Assembly: GCA_951406725.2 (NCBI GenBank)
Contig: OX597816.1
Span: forward strand, 105,958,001 to 106,022,000
From: Octopus vulgaris
Lineage: Eukaryota
DNA: 64,000 nt
Reading direction: 5' to 3'
Shown in pieces: positions 27,446 to 40,031 of this stretch. The notes under the pieces were generated by a model, which was given only the letters and a program-made list of their open reading frames with translations, was not told where the DNA came from and did not search any database. A program made the position numbers and the translations under genes. Positions within the stretch are counted from its first letter, which is position 1; each line of letters opens with the position of its first letter.

Positions 27446-30330
27446 AACGTAACTGACACCATTGAATACTTGTGTGTGTGTGTGTATGTGTGTGTGTGAA
27501 TATGCTACTGGCTATGTAAAAGTAGTGCCAAAATAGTATAACTTTCAATAAAAAATTAAGAAACCAATAAAATGTTAAAGAAAGAAGGAACCTAGAATTC
27601 AAAGCAACAGAAGCTAATTACTGAAACATAATAACAGAGGTTTTGATATAAAACAGCCCCAGGAATACATCAATGATTTTGACATTTATCAAAGTATAGG
27701 AATGGATCACTGCAACAGTACAACTAAAGCTACTAAAAATAAAAAATGAAAACATTAAACAACTTCATAGTCATAACTGAAACCTTGGTAACCATTTCAG
27801 TAATAATATTAACAGAAGGACCTCTTTCCACTAATTAAAACACACTTGATGTTTATTGCATACTCAATTATACAAAAGACAGCTGAAAAAGAGCAATGCC
27901 TAATGAGTTAAAATACTGTCTAGCCTCATTCAAGTTCATTGGGTTTTCAACTATACAAAAGACAGCTGCAAAAGAGCAATGCCTAAAGAATTATAATACT
28001 CCCTTGCCTGATGAAGTACATATTTTTCACACCAATTAATTTACAATCTTGTACAATTACTTAATAGGTTTCTCATCACTATTTCATCAGTACTTCATTG
28101 ACGAAGTCATAATAATACTAAAGCATATCCAGAGTTGTCTCCTATTCTTTCTAAAATAATTATAAAAATTTTAGTAGCTGCCTAATATTGTTTTTTTCTC
28201 TTCATATAAATATTTGTAGCTTGCTTTTTAATGTTCCTTGAATTAAATTTGTTAATACTAACTTAACTACAGTTTGTCTGTAGATTGGGGTAGATTCATT
28301 GCATACACACTAAAATAACTGCAATATGCAGTATGGTATCAAACTGGACAACATGATGTATTCTTGCTAAAGTCACATTCCATCAAGCATTCAATAGACA
28401 ACAACTATATTGTACAATTGCTCAAATAGAACTATAAGTAACAGTAATAAATTTTGTATGAATACATTATCAGAAAAGTGCATCACTTAAAGTAAATATA
28501 TGAAAATAATAGTTCAATAATGTTTTTTTACTAACATTATCTCAATAAATCAAAAATAACAAAGATAGTTTAAACAGGCTTTTATACTTTGGCTTTGTTA
28601 CAAAATAAACATTGTGAATAGTTCCATAAATGTTCCATAATATTATCAACACAAAAATGCATAAACACACAAGCTTACAAGGCATGCATATATAATCACA
28701 AACACATATCATCTTTCATACATATGTACATACATCATACATATGTACATACATCATACATACATACATACAAATTTGAGACCAAATTTGAGAGAAAGTG
28801 TGTGTGTGTGTGTGTGTGTGTTGAACGACAGAAAGAGACAAACAGACAGACAAATAGTAAGAGATTACTTTTTGTCTTCTATGTCTTTAAAACACTTTTT
28901 TTCTTTTTAGCTTTGCATTGAGCAACAGAATTCAATAGTTTAAATAATTTGCTGAGGTAAACTCTACATAAATGTTACAGTGATTTTTTTTTTAATTTCC
29001 AGTGTCTGTTCATTTACCTGCTAGACAACTACACAGTTTTATGCACAAGCCAACAAGCAAGTGTCTATATGGTTGCAAGGAAGTTACAAATAGAAGCCAA
29101 ATCTTCAAATCATATTTTGCTATTTCAAATAAAGAAGTATACATTATACAATATCAGCTCTAACACAGAAAAAGGAGTAGTTACAGCTAAAACATGTTTA
29201 TACAAAAGCATCTAAAATTAAAAAATTTCACAAGAAAAAAATTATAAACATAGGAATGGAGATAAAGAATAGTAAGTGATTAGTTGTTGATATGGTCATA
29301 GTTGGTTAGCACCAAGCTAGCTAAAATTCAGCAGACTCATGATTAAATACATTCCAATATAGTTTGAGGGAGATTTGGTTAACATTTTTAACAGGCTGAT
29401 CAACTGTGTATTAACTCACTTGTCACCTCAAGTGACTAACTGGCAGATAAAGTGGAAGAAACTCCAAACATAAAATATTTGAAGAAGAATATCAAAACAT
29501 GAAGATATCTAAAGTTGGAAAGCTAGTAGAATGTCTTGTGGTATTTCTCCCAGCTATTTATGTTCTGAGCTAAAATCCTGCTATGATCAACTTTGCCTTT
29601 CATCACTGAATACTAGAATCATCGGTGTTGACTAACTCTCCTCCCTCTAATTTCAGGCATTGTGCCTATATTAGAAGGAAAATAAAAATATTAAGCCATC
29701 TAATATAAAAAAGAAATATTCATATTAAAATATGAAATAGTTTTTTATAAATCTAATTTTAAAATTTTCTTGACATTTTAATTTAAAAATTAATAACATT
29801 TTCATAGTTGTTGCTGTATTAATTTTTCCAGAAGACTTTCCCTAAATTTTCAATTTTGTTGTCATTCGATGGATTACTGTTCTTCAATTTCACTTAATCC
29901 CAATGCTGTATAAAAGATTGGCTGTGCTTAACAAATTGCATGCTTACAACATCTGTTTCCCCAAAAGACAATTATTTCAACCAGAAAAATCCCAAATGTG
30001 TTTTGTCAATTTACGCATTCTGATACCAATAAGGTGACAACAGCTTTAAATTCCGTGAACTCCATTCTTTACATCTAGTAATCACCACAGCAATTCACCA
30101 TGAACTTTGCCAACATTATCATGTGTCTGTTTGTGTATAAGTGTGTGCATGTGCATGTGTGTGTACACACATGCCATAAAATATTGCCTCAAAAAGGCCC
30201 CATCCAACCCAGGCTAGCAGGGAAAATTAAACTTTAAAATTGTGTGTGTATGTAGAGAAAGAGAGAGGGGAGTGATACAAAGAGAAAGAGAAAGAGACAG
30301 ACAGACAGACAAGCATACAACTAGATACAT

Positions 30331-30500
30331 AGGTGCAGGCATGGCAACATTGGTTAAAAGTTCATTTCACAACTACAAAGTTTCAGGCTCAGTCCTACAG
30401 CATGGTACCTTGGAGAAGTATTTTGTACTATAGCTCCAGGCCAATCATTTCCTTGTGAATGTGGCAGACAGAAACTGTGCAGAAGCCTGATATGTATATG
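30331..30500 (+). mobile_element. SINE family A 5' portion
   Basis: AGGTGCAGGCATGGC...CAGTCC...GGTACCTTGG...CAGAAACTG. Confidence 0.7.
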
Positions 30501-30627
30501 TGTGTATATATATCATCATCATCATCATTTAGCGTTGGCTTTCCATGCTAGCATGGGTTGGATGGTTCAACTGGGGTCTGGGAAGCCAGAAGGCTGCACC
30601 AGGCCCAGTCTGATCTGGCAATGTTTC

Positions 30628-30659
<32 letters not shown>

Positions 30660-30757
30660 TATACATATCAGGCTTTTGCACAGTTTCTGTCTGCTACATT
30701 CACAAGGAAATGGTTGGCTTGGAGCTATAGTACAAAATACTTCTCCAAGGTACCATG

Positions 30758-30788
<31 letters not shown>

Positions 30789-31120
30789 CAAGGTCTGATC
30801 AATAAGTATCCGGATTGTTGCCATGATAACGAAGCTAAAGTACACAGAGTGAAGTTGCTTTGCTCAGATTGACCTTGAACTCTGCTGTGCATGCACACTT
30901 TGGCTGTTTACAAAAGTGCTTAGAAGGAAGGTAAGGTAGAGTGTGATCATCACATTGACCATGACAGAGAAAGTTGTCATAGCAATACCTGCTCAGAGGC
31001 CTATGCAAAGTTTTCAAAACGATTTCATCTTTCTCGACACAATCAAGGAGATCTTGTGCAACTAAAACTTGAGTGTCTTGCTGGTCAGTTGAAAGCAGTT
31101 TGGCACAAACTTGGCAGACA
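30789..31120. mobile_element. Rearranged mariner transposon remnant
   Basis: TA followed by the mariner-like TIR CAAGGTCTGATCAATAAGTATCCGGA. On the plus strand, ATG at 30961 gives MTEKV... then TCSEAYAK. The minus-strand piece 31008-31120 encodes SAKFVP(K)LLSTDQQDTQVLVAQDLLDCVEKDE, the WVPHEL-equivalent linker. Confidence 0.75.
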
Positions 31121-32610
31121 TGCAAGCTTCCTAACCACACAGCCATGCCTGTGCCTTCAAAATGTACCAAAACAGACACAGAAATCTGGTACAGTCTCCT
31201 GCCTGGCCAGCACCTTTCAAACTATCCAACCCATACCAGCATGGAAAGCAGATGTTAAATGATGATGATGATGATGAAGGCTATTAACATGGGTTCCAAA
31301 ACCCATTGGTTCTTATTACATTTCTAAAGTTTGTTTTGTTTTTCTTTATATAGTATATCCAGGGTAAATCAGCCTGATAGAGCCCATTAAACTATACTCT
31401 CAGGAAAATTTGAATAGCACTTCAAAGCTAAAGCAATGCTTAACAATTTTGCATTGTTCCCATGAATAATGATACTGGACTATACCGCTCAATAGTACAT
31501 ATTTAAGTTAGTAAACCGGGCTGGTTAGTAAACTAGGCTGCTATGTTTACAATCATAGCATAACATCAGTGCTTTGGTACAGGATGTCAATTCTGAAAGC
31601 TAATTCAGAACCTTTCCAAATCAACTAAGTGCACAGAAAAAGGGACAGACAGACAGACAAACAGTGTGTACGTGTGTGTGTGTGATGAATATATGTTTGT
31701 GTGATTGTGTTAGTATGTTTAAGTGGACAAAAGAAAAAATAGGCAATATTAAATTGCAGCAAGCAACACAATTGTTTTCAGTTGTATAAGGATTAGTTTT
31801 AATACTGAATCCTACTATAATTTTTAATGACAATGTGTCTAAATTCTAATGAGTTGGGAAGGTGCTGCTGGGATTTAAATGTATCCGATATAGTTCAGGT
31901 GGCATGATCATTTAATGAGAAAGGATAATGTGAGCTGGATGAAATGAATCATCATAGACAGATGTTGGCCAGACCAAAAATAATAAATAAAAACAAAGCC
32001 CGGAATTAGATGTCTTAGCTGACTAATAAAAGTGAAGTAAACATATACAAAAAGAAAAGTAAGATTATACTTTAAAAAAGAAACAAAATTATTAATGAGA
32101 AAAATGTATGTGAAAATATATTGTATAAGAAAAAAACAGAAACTATCAAAAACATAAACGAAAATAAAATTTTAATTAACTGAATTTTCAAAAAATTATG
32201 AACGCTATGTTTTTCACAGCTATTCTACATTTTTTAGTCAATAGAAATTATAATATATTGCAAAGAGTTGAGAAATAAAGAAGCAAACACTATAAAATTA
32301 ACTGAATAGAGAAATTTGATTAATAACTACTGCAATCATTAATTACATAATGACAACACTATTTTAATTTATCTATAGATTCTTTCAGTTCTTGATAAGA
32401 GGTTTGCTATAATCTTAAATTTATTCTTATGTACTTGTTACATGGAGATTGATCTTTGCAATGTGTGTGTGTGTGTGTGTGTGCGCGCGCGCGTATGTGT
32501 GAGTGTGTGTGTGTGAATGCACATATGTGTGTGTGTGTGTGAATGCACACATGTGTGTGTGTGAATGCGCGCATGTGTGTGCGCATATAAATTTATACAT
32601 ATTATATATA

Positions 32611-32800
32611 TATCAAAAAATGAGGGTAGAAATTGATATCAATCAACTAACATCAATTTAAACCAGTGGTCTAGCATATTCATAACAAATCTGAAGATTT
32701 AAAAATTATATTACAATTAATAAGGAGAATGACCACTTCCTATATGCTATATAGCATATAGGAATCCACTTTAGCAGTCATTTCTTTTATTAATTGTTAT
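32611..32800. repeat. Microsatellite-flanked fragment with terminal inversion (possible Penelope-like pLTR remnant)
   Basis: A perfect 28-bp palindrome at 32737-32764 lies inside an imperfect IR (32713-32733 / 32777-32797). Microsatellites flank both sides. Confidence 0.5.
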
Positions 32801-32813
32801 ATATATATGTATA

Positions 32814-32864
<51 letters not shown>

Positions 32865-33351
32865 TCATCATCATTTAGCAAACACTTATCCATGCTTACT
32901 ATTAAAGCAAATTTTCTATAGTTGGATGCCCTTCATTTTTCCAACCCTCACTTGTTTTCAAGTAAGGTAATATTTTTCCACAGTTGGATATATGTTTCAT
33001 GGAGTGCAAAGAAGTTTAGAGGGGAATTTCAAACAGATCCACCTATGTAACTTACCATCACTCAAATTAGATATATTTGAAGCAGATTGAACAGTTCAGA
33101 TTGTCTTCAAGAAGTGTTCTGGAAGACTGAAAACACTGACAAGCACCACAAAGTAATTAAGAGTATTAAATGGGTACAGCAAATGCATAGAAGATGCACA
33201 CTTTCTAACAAAGACTGTTTTTAGTTGTGAGGCAGCATTAAAATAAATGTTTCAATTATTCACACACATTTATCCCAAATGAGGAGCCAAAAAACCCTAA
33301 ATCACAGCATTTAACAAATTTCTACCTCCTTCCTTTCTTGGTAAGTAGAAC

Positions 33352-33645
33352 TTGCTATTAGGGTGGTGTGCATTATGCACAGTGAGCAGCTTCATAGTTC
33401 TTCTGTCCTGTTCCTGTAGCTGTCTTTCTCCACCTTAAAGAAGCAGAATATCTCAACAACGGCATGATCCATGTATTAACTGCCTTGCTGACATTAAATC
33501 CAATTAGTTTTGTTCCAAGCATCTTCCTAACCTCTCCTTTGTAGTCTTTGATGACTTTTGTTCACATTCCTCTTTCTATTATCGTATTGTCTGTGACACT
33601 GCAAGATACTTGTGTCCTTCATTATTTCTCAAGATCTAATATCAT
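33352..33645 (-). mobile_element. Decayed R4/Dong-like RT thumb region
   Basis: The minus strand reads EGHKYL...VRKMLGTKLIGFNVSKAVNTWIMPLLRYSA...LQEQDRRTMKLLTVHNAHHP, matching YKYLG...SKLNG.N...AINTW....RYS...LDRKTRKL.T.H...HP. Confidence 0.75.
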
Positions 33646-33694
33646 CTTATGATAACTTTATACCATCAGATTTAATATTTCAACCTCTACCATA

Positions 33695-34009
33695 CTGGGG
33701 CACCACCTTGAAGAATTCTTAGTCAAATGAATCGACCCCAGTCCTTACGTTTTTTTTAAGCCAGGTATTTATTTTATTTGTCTCTTTTGCTGGACTACTA
33801 AGTTAGGGGAACATAAACACACCAACACCGGTTGTCAAGCAGTGGTGAGAGACAAACGCAGACACAAAGACACACATATAGATATACATATATACATGTA
33901 TATATATATATATACACACATACATATATATATATATACATACATATTCATATATATGTATATATATATATATACATACATATTCATATATATGTATATA
34001 TATATATAC

Positions 34010-34063
<54 letters not shown>

Positions 34064-34481
34064 GTATATATATATACACATATATATATATACACATATA
34101 TATATATATGTATGTATGTATGTATGTAGGGTTTTCATTTTTCAGATGTTCTTCCAAGAGGTAAGACAATTTTTTTCATGTTTGTTGCACACACGCATCT
34201 TTACTAGTACATACGCAGTGAAGCTATACATTAGCGTCATGTTTATTATGTTCGCTATTTTCCAGTAAATATCGGTGCTTCGTTGTACCATTTATTTACT
34301 TTTATTTACTTTTATATATATATATATATATATATAAAAAGTAAATAAAAGTAAATAAATGGTACATATATATATATATATATGTATATATATACACACA
34401 TATATATATATACACACACATATATATATATATATACACACACACATATATATATACACACATATATACACACACACACAC

Positions 34482-34524
<43 letters not shown>

Positions 34525-34680
34525 GAGCTGCTTTCAGTTTCCGTCTACTAGATCCACTCACATGCCATTGGTTGGTCTGAGGCTATAGTAGAAGACACTT
34601 TCCTATGGTACCACACTGTGGGACTAAACCCAGAAGCCTGTGGTTGGGAAGCAAGCTTCTTACCACACAGCCATGCCTGC
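33695..34680 (-). mobile_element. SINE family A, full length, with hugely expanded internal microsatellite and an inserted segment
   Basis: Tail at 33695-33870 and head at 34525-34680. Between them lie (TA/CA)n tracts and unique sequence at 34128-34313. Confidence 0.85.
34284..34366. repeat. Perfect 30-bp inverted repeat around (AT)11
   Basis: TGTACCATTTATTTACTTTTATTTACTTTT-(AT)11A-AAAAGTAAATAAAAGTAAATAAATGGTACA. Confidence 0.95.
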
Positions 34681-35328
34681 TTCATACTTAATTTAAACTG
34701 CACATTTATTCACCTCAAACTATAATAATGACCTTACTAAACTTTTTTTTACTTTTTAGACAAGGGAAACCAGGTTGTTTTTTGGAATGCAGCTTGAACT
34801 CATCCATATAAAACAGATGATTTATTTTCACCCTGATTTTATCAAGCTCATAGACAACTCCAGATTTTCTCTATGCTTGTTAGAGAAATCAATGCAATCA
34901 AAAGTGGTGGAGAGTGAATCTCTAAAATATTCCTCTCCAAATGTTCAAATTTTCTTATGATTCATTTCCACACTGAAGTCTTTTTTCCCATGATTGCATC
35001 ACTTTTTTAAAAACTGTTAATCTTCTCATTGACTCTAAAGTGTTGTCAGGCACTCCAAAAGTCAATAACATTGTACATTATTGCATACTTTCTTGTAGGC
35101 TATCCAACAAATGACTAATTTCTTTCCTTACTTGTACTTCTGTTAGTATCATTTTATTGATAAACAATAGATCAGAAGAGTTCCCCCTTTAATTTCTTTC
35201 TGCATCCCATTTGCTCCTCTGGTAAGAAATTCTCTTACTTCTTAAAAAAGCTATATAATTCATCTGAAAAGAAGTCAGTTACAAATTTCCAAAGCACTGG
35301 TTGTAATAAACCTAAAATTATTGACTTA

Positions 35329-35329
<1 letters not shown>

Positions 35330-35374
<45 letters not shown>
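35330..35374. repeat. (ATT)n microsatellite
   Basis: Directly visible. Confidence 0.95.
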
Positions 35375-35375
<1 letters not shown>

Positions 35376-35690
35376 CTTTTTCTTCTGTATTAACACTGTC
35401 CTTATGGTCATTTATGTCAGTGTTTCATTTTCCACACAGTCAAGTAAGAAACATTTGTAGACAACAGTGCATACATATGAATTTTTTAACCTAGCTTTCC
35501 AATATGCTTTCTTTTTAAGCATCTTTTTCCACTTCCTCTTTTGTATTTTCCATTTCATTTTTAAACTGCCATAAACAGTCCACTTCACTATTGTACTGAA
35601 CCTCTTTGTACTGAATATTTGACCAAAAGTCCCTCGCAGCTTCAGCATTTGATATATCTATCTTATTGTTTTCCCAGCCACATGGCTTTT
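35375..35690 (-). mobile_element. Decayed R4/Dong-like pre-RT region
   Basis: The minus strand reads NAEAARDFWSNI...KMLKKKAYWKA...LKN...*MTIRTVLIQKKK, matching FWS.IW...WKAPG...WMT.GRTVLIQK of RLE-type elements. Confidence 0.65.
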
Positions 35691-37070
35691 TGTTCAGTCA
35701 CACTATGGGACACCACTTGGGCAAGTGTCTTCTACTATAGACTATGGCCAATCAAAGTCTTGTGAGTAAATTTGACCAATGTGAGCTGAAAGAAGCCAGA
35801 CGTGTTATGTATTTGTATATGCATGTGTGTGTGTGTGTGTGCATTTGCATACATGCACCTTGAAATGGCATAATAGTTATAAGGAAGTGTCACTGTCATA
35901 CAAACACTGTCATTTGTTTCCAGTCTTTTGTGAAAACATATCCAAGCAAGGGAAAATGTAACCTTACTTGAAAACAAGTGAGGATTGGCAACAGGAAGGG
36001 AATCTAGACAGAAATCTGCTTTAACAAATTTTATTTGACCCATGCAAGCAAGGAAAAAGTGAACATTAAAACAAAGATGATATTTCTAAATAGCCAGTTC
36101 TGTTGATACTGATTTATTCTCTCTTGGGTATTTTTTCTTTACACTCAACTTAGTCTTAATTTGTCTTATCACTTCCTTAGCTACCCATAATCCTCTATGC
36201 CTGATATAATACTTCCTTTGGAGTTCATTCCTTTGTCTTTACTTCATCATCTTTTTTTCAATTAAATCATTTATCCTTCAAAGATCTCTATTGAGCTGTT
36301 CAACTTGATTCTCAAATCTTCACTTCTACCATAGGTCTTTATCCCATTTTTTTCTGATTATTATTATTATTATCACCATCATCATCCTGTCTAATTAAAA
36401 TTTAAATAATCATCCTCATTGTTTTAATGTTCAGATAAAGGTATTTTTCTCACCATGATTCAGATTAATAATGAACATTGTTAGTGCTAAAAAAAATTTA
36501 AATCATTAAATCTAACTTTAAAAAAATGTTATATAATCATCATTGTCATTTTAATATCCATTTTAATGTTCAAGTATAAAAAAAATTGTTATGATTCTTA
36601 AAGAACTTGACCCCTGCTCTACATATTTCCTTTACTGATGTTGTATAACTTGACATTCTTATCATCAACCACACAGATTGGATGGCAGTATTTTGAGGGA
36701 AGTTGGGGTAATGATACAAAAGCAGATGTCTTGGCCTCTCTACCTCACATCAGTTTCATTATGAATGACCTTTTGTCCAAGACAAACTTGAACAGTGACA
36801 AAATAAAATGCCATATGACTAAATGACAGTAAATGACATTTAAAAATAATGTAGAAAATGTGAAAGAGACAAAAACTGTAGAAATGCAATAGTAAGTGGC
36901 ATATTCACATTTGAATTCTAATTGTGAGCCAGGATGGACTTCTTTTTTAACCAACCCATCAAAGGCTACCCCTGGTTCTATGATATAAACTCCATGGTAA
37001 TATAAATATCATCTTATTTAAAACTTTCCAACAAAATTTTGTTTCAAATACCAGCTTAATAATGGGTAAA

Positions 37071-37226
37071 GTTGTGACTGTGTGGTAAGAAGCTTGCTTC
37101 CCAACCACATGATATCGGGTTCAGACCCACTGCATGGCAGCTTGGGCAAGTGTTTTTTACTATAACCTCAGGCTGACCACAGCCTTGTGAGTGGATTTGG
37201 TAGATGGAAACTGAAAGAAGCCCATC

Positions 37227-37279
<53 letters not shown>

Positions 37280-37479
37280 ATGTATGTATATTTATGTGTG
37301 TGTGTCTTTGTCTGTCCCCCACCCCCACCATCGCTTGGCAACCGATGTTGGTATGTTTACTTAACAGTTGGCAAAAGAGATTGATAGAATAAGTACTAAG
37401 CTTACAAAGAATAAGTCCTCTTCAACTAAAGGCAGTGCTCCAGCATGGCCATGGTCAAATGACTGAAACAAATAAAATA
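37071..37479 (+). mobile_element. SINE family A, near full length
   Basis: Collinear homologue of 6184-6630. Confidence 0.9.
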
Positions 37480-38194
37480 GCTCAATTTCTTCAAGCAACA
37501 CAACTACAGTAACCCAGCTGCCATAGGTTGGAAGTCCCACAAAACAGGTAAGAGCACCATCTTACTTCTTCTAGTTAAGCCATACAGAAAAAAATTTAAT
37601 GAATTATTTGTTACCATTTAAGTAAGTAGGTATTAGTGAAAGACAGATTTTCTAATCATACACCGCTTTTATCACTTTTGAGGGACCACACAAAGTGTAG
37701 ATGCAAACAATGCCTTGGTACACAATTCCAACTAGCTTTGCTTTAGATTATTACAATTATAACCAAAATAAAATAGTTTGTACTGAAACAAATTGCATGG
37801 TAAAGGATGATGAGCACACGTTTAGTATTTAATAATTCATTAGTCTAACATGAACCTGTTAGAAACAACACAATGAAAGTCAATAGAATAGAGATATGCA
37901 CTGCAAATAAATTTACTAACAGGTTTATTTCTTTAGCACCTGTTGAATCATTGGAGATCAACACAAACATTTATTTTAATGCTCTTGTAACTATTATGTC
38001 AGTAAAATAAATCTTTTCTTTGCCTTAAATCACTATTTTTTTTTAATTAATAGGAAAGTAGGAAAGACATGAAAATAAAAAGGCAATTTATCACATGATA
38101 CATATACCAATGCTTATCACAATACAAAATGTAGTTCTAAGTACACGTAATTGCTTTGAATAGCACATTCTTATAAGCACTGTGGTACAAGTGT

Positions 38195-38247
<53 letters not shown>

Positions 38248-38291
38248 TACACACACACACACATATATATATACACACACATACGCACTTG

Positions 38292-39046
38292 TACCACCAG
38301 TATCAATATTGTCATTTACAAAAGAAGTCTCAACATAAAGATGTGCAACATGAAATCTCAGTCACAAGTTCATATTAGAGTTGCTTAAGAGTTATATATA
38401 CATACATGTATACACACATACAACACACACGCACACACATTACACATGAATATACATCAATACCTAGATATAAGTAAATACACACCCTACATAAATATAC
38501 AACCATAGACACACTGAATGTCATTGTACATATTGTCAGGTAAGAAGTGAAGATAGTGGATCAACAACTTATATCCAGAAGTTGCTGTCTAAACAGCTGC
38601 ACAGTCTGCTAAAGAAACTTGCCAATTAAACAAATTTGCATCTGTTCACATTAAATATGTCAGAATGACACAACAGCCTGATAAGAGATCTAATAAAATG
38701 GATTAAATGAAATCTGTTGAATCTGTGAAATTATTTAATACACATTAATAACATGTAATTAATTCCCTTAAAATACAGAAAAACAAAATATGAGTATAAG
38801 TAGAGTTTATTATCCTACATATTACAAGTCAGTAGAACACTTTCATAGCAGGTGCAGATTATAAGGGAAATATCAGACAAAATAGATTAACTTGATTCTT
38901 AAAACACCCTATTTCTAAACTGTATAGCCAACAGAATGGGAAAATGCTACCACCAGTATCAATATTGTCATTTACAATAGGTCTCAACATAAAGATGTGC
39001 AACATGAAATCTCAGTTACAAGTTCATATTAGAGTTGCTTAAGAGT
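38292..39046 (+). repeat. ~100-bp dispersed direct duplication
   Basis: TACCACCAGTATCAATATTGTC...GTTGCTTAAGAGT occurs at 38292-38392 and 38948-39046, nearly identical. Confidence 0.95.
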
Positions 39047-39812
39047 AAATTGAATCATCATAGCTCTAACGACTAGCAGAATAATAACTTCCTATAAAAT
39101 CTAGCAAATCAACTTAAATGAATAATCATAACTAAGTAATGAATTAGATAAGCTAGGTAAGAAAATACAAAACATAAAATGTAGATCATAATAATGTGAG
39201 AACTGACCATAAGCAACTGCTACAAATCTATCTTGAAATTGGGACCAAATCTAAGTCAAGTCAAGGACTAGAGCTATCATAAGAAACTCACTCACAAAAT
39301 AGCATTTTTCTGTAACTTGTACAACCCTAACTAAATCCAATTTTAAACAAAGTGACAATATTATAAAAGTTTCAAGTCTAGAATAAGAAAATTCTGAAAA
39401 TATACTTTGGATGAGTAGATGTTGTTATTGGTCTATCCAAGATATTCCTGTCAAGAAAGCCTATAATTATAGATCTGTTCCATTAGGACTGACTTGAGGC
39501 TAGACAACAATGCATCACAATTGATTTTTTATTCACTGAGTGAAAACCTAATATATTCTACCAAGCAATAAACCATGTTATAAACATTCTACCATGTTTG
39601 TTATAAACCAATAATTTCAAAACTTTTGACTGTAGTGCACTAGAAATCAGATAAAAAAATTTAGACACAATTCGCATGGTAACTTTTGAAAAATGTTTAC
39701 TTTGTTTTTATTACAGTGCAGTTACAAATAACATTTTTTTTTCTTTTCAAAATGCACAAGAATCAGTACAGATTTTTTTAAAGTATTAAATTATATTTTT
39801 AGAAATCCACAA

Positions 39813-40031
39813 TGTACCTAGATACGTCTTGTTGTACATCAGAGTACTGCAGTGTAACATTTGAAAACCATTATTATAAACCATAAATTAGCAAGATGTC
39901 TCTAAGATAAGGTTCTTGAGATAAACAAGAACCTTATCTTAGAGACATCTTGCTAATTTATGGTTTATAATAATGGTTTTCAAATGTTATACAGCAGTAC
40001 TCTGATGTACAACAAGAAGTATCTAGGTACA
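39813..40031. repeat. Near-perfect hairpin with 106-bp arms and a 7-nt loop
   Basis: 39813-39918 pairs with 39926-40031 with 3 mismatches. Confidence 0.97.

Noticed and set aside
27866-27990. Short tandem or near-tandem duplications (also ~1257, 9637, 18537, 24288, 24528, 41194)
   Set aside because: Only two units each, consistent with ordinary slippage duplications. They are not CRISPR-like arrays.
34925-35020. Possible Tc1/mariner-type transposase C-terminus on the minus strand (SWEKRLQ...FEHL)
   Set aside because: Too short and too frameshifted to call.
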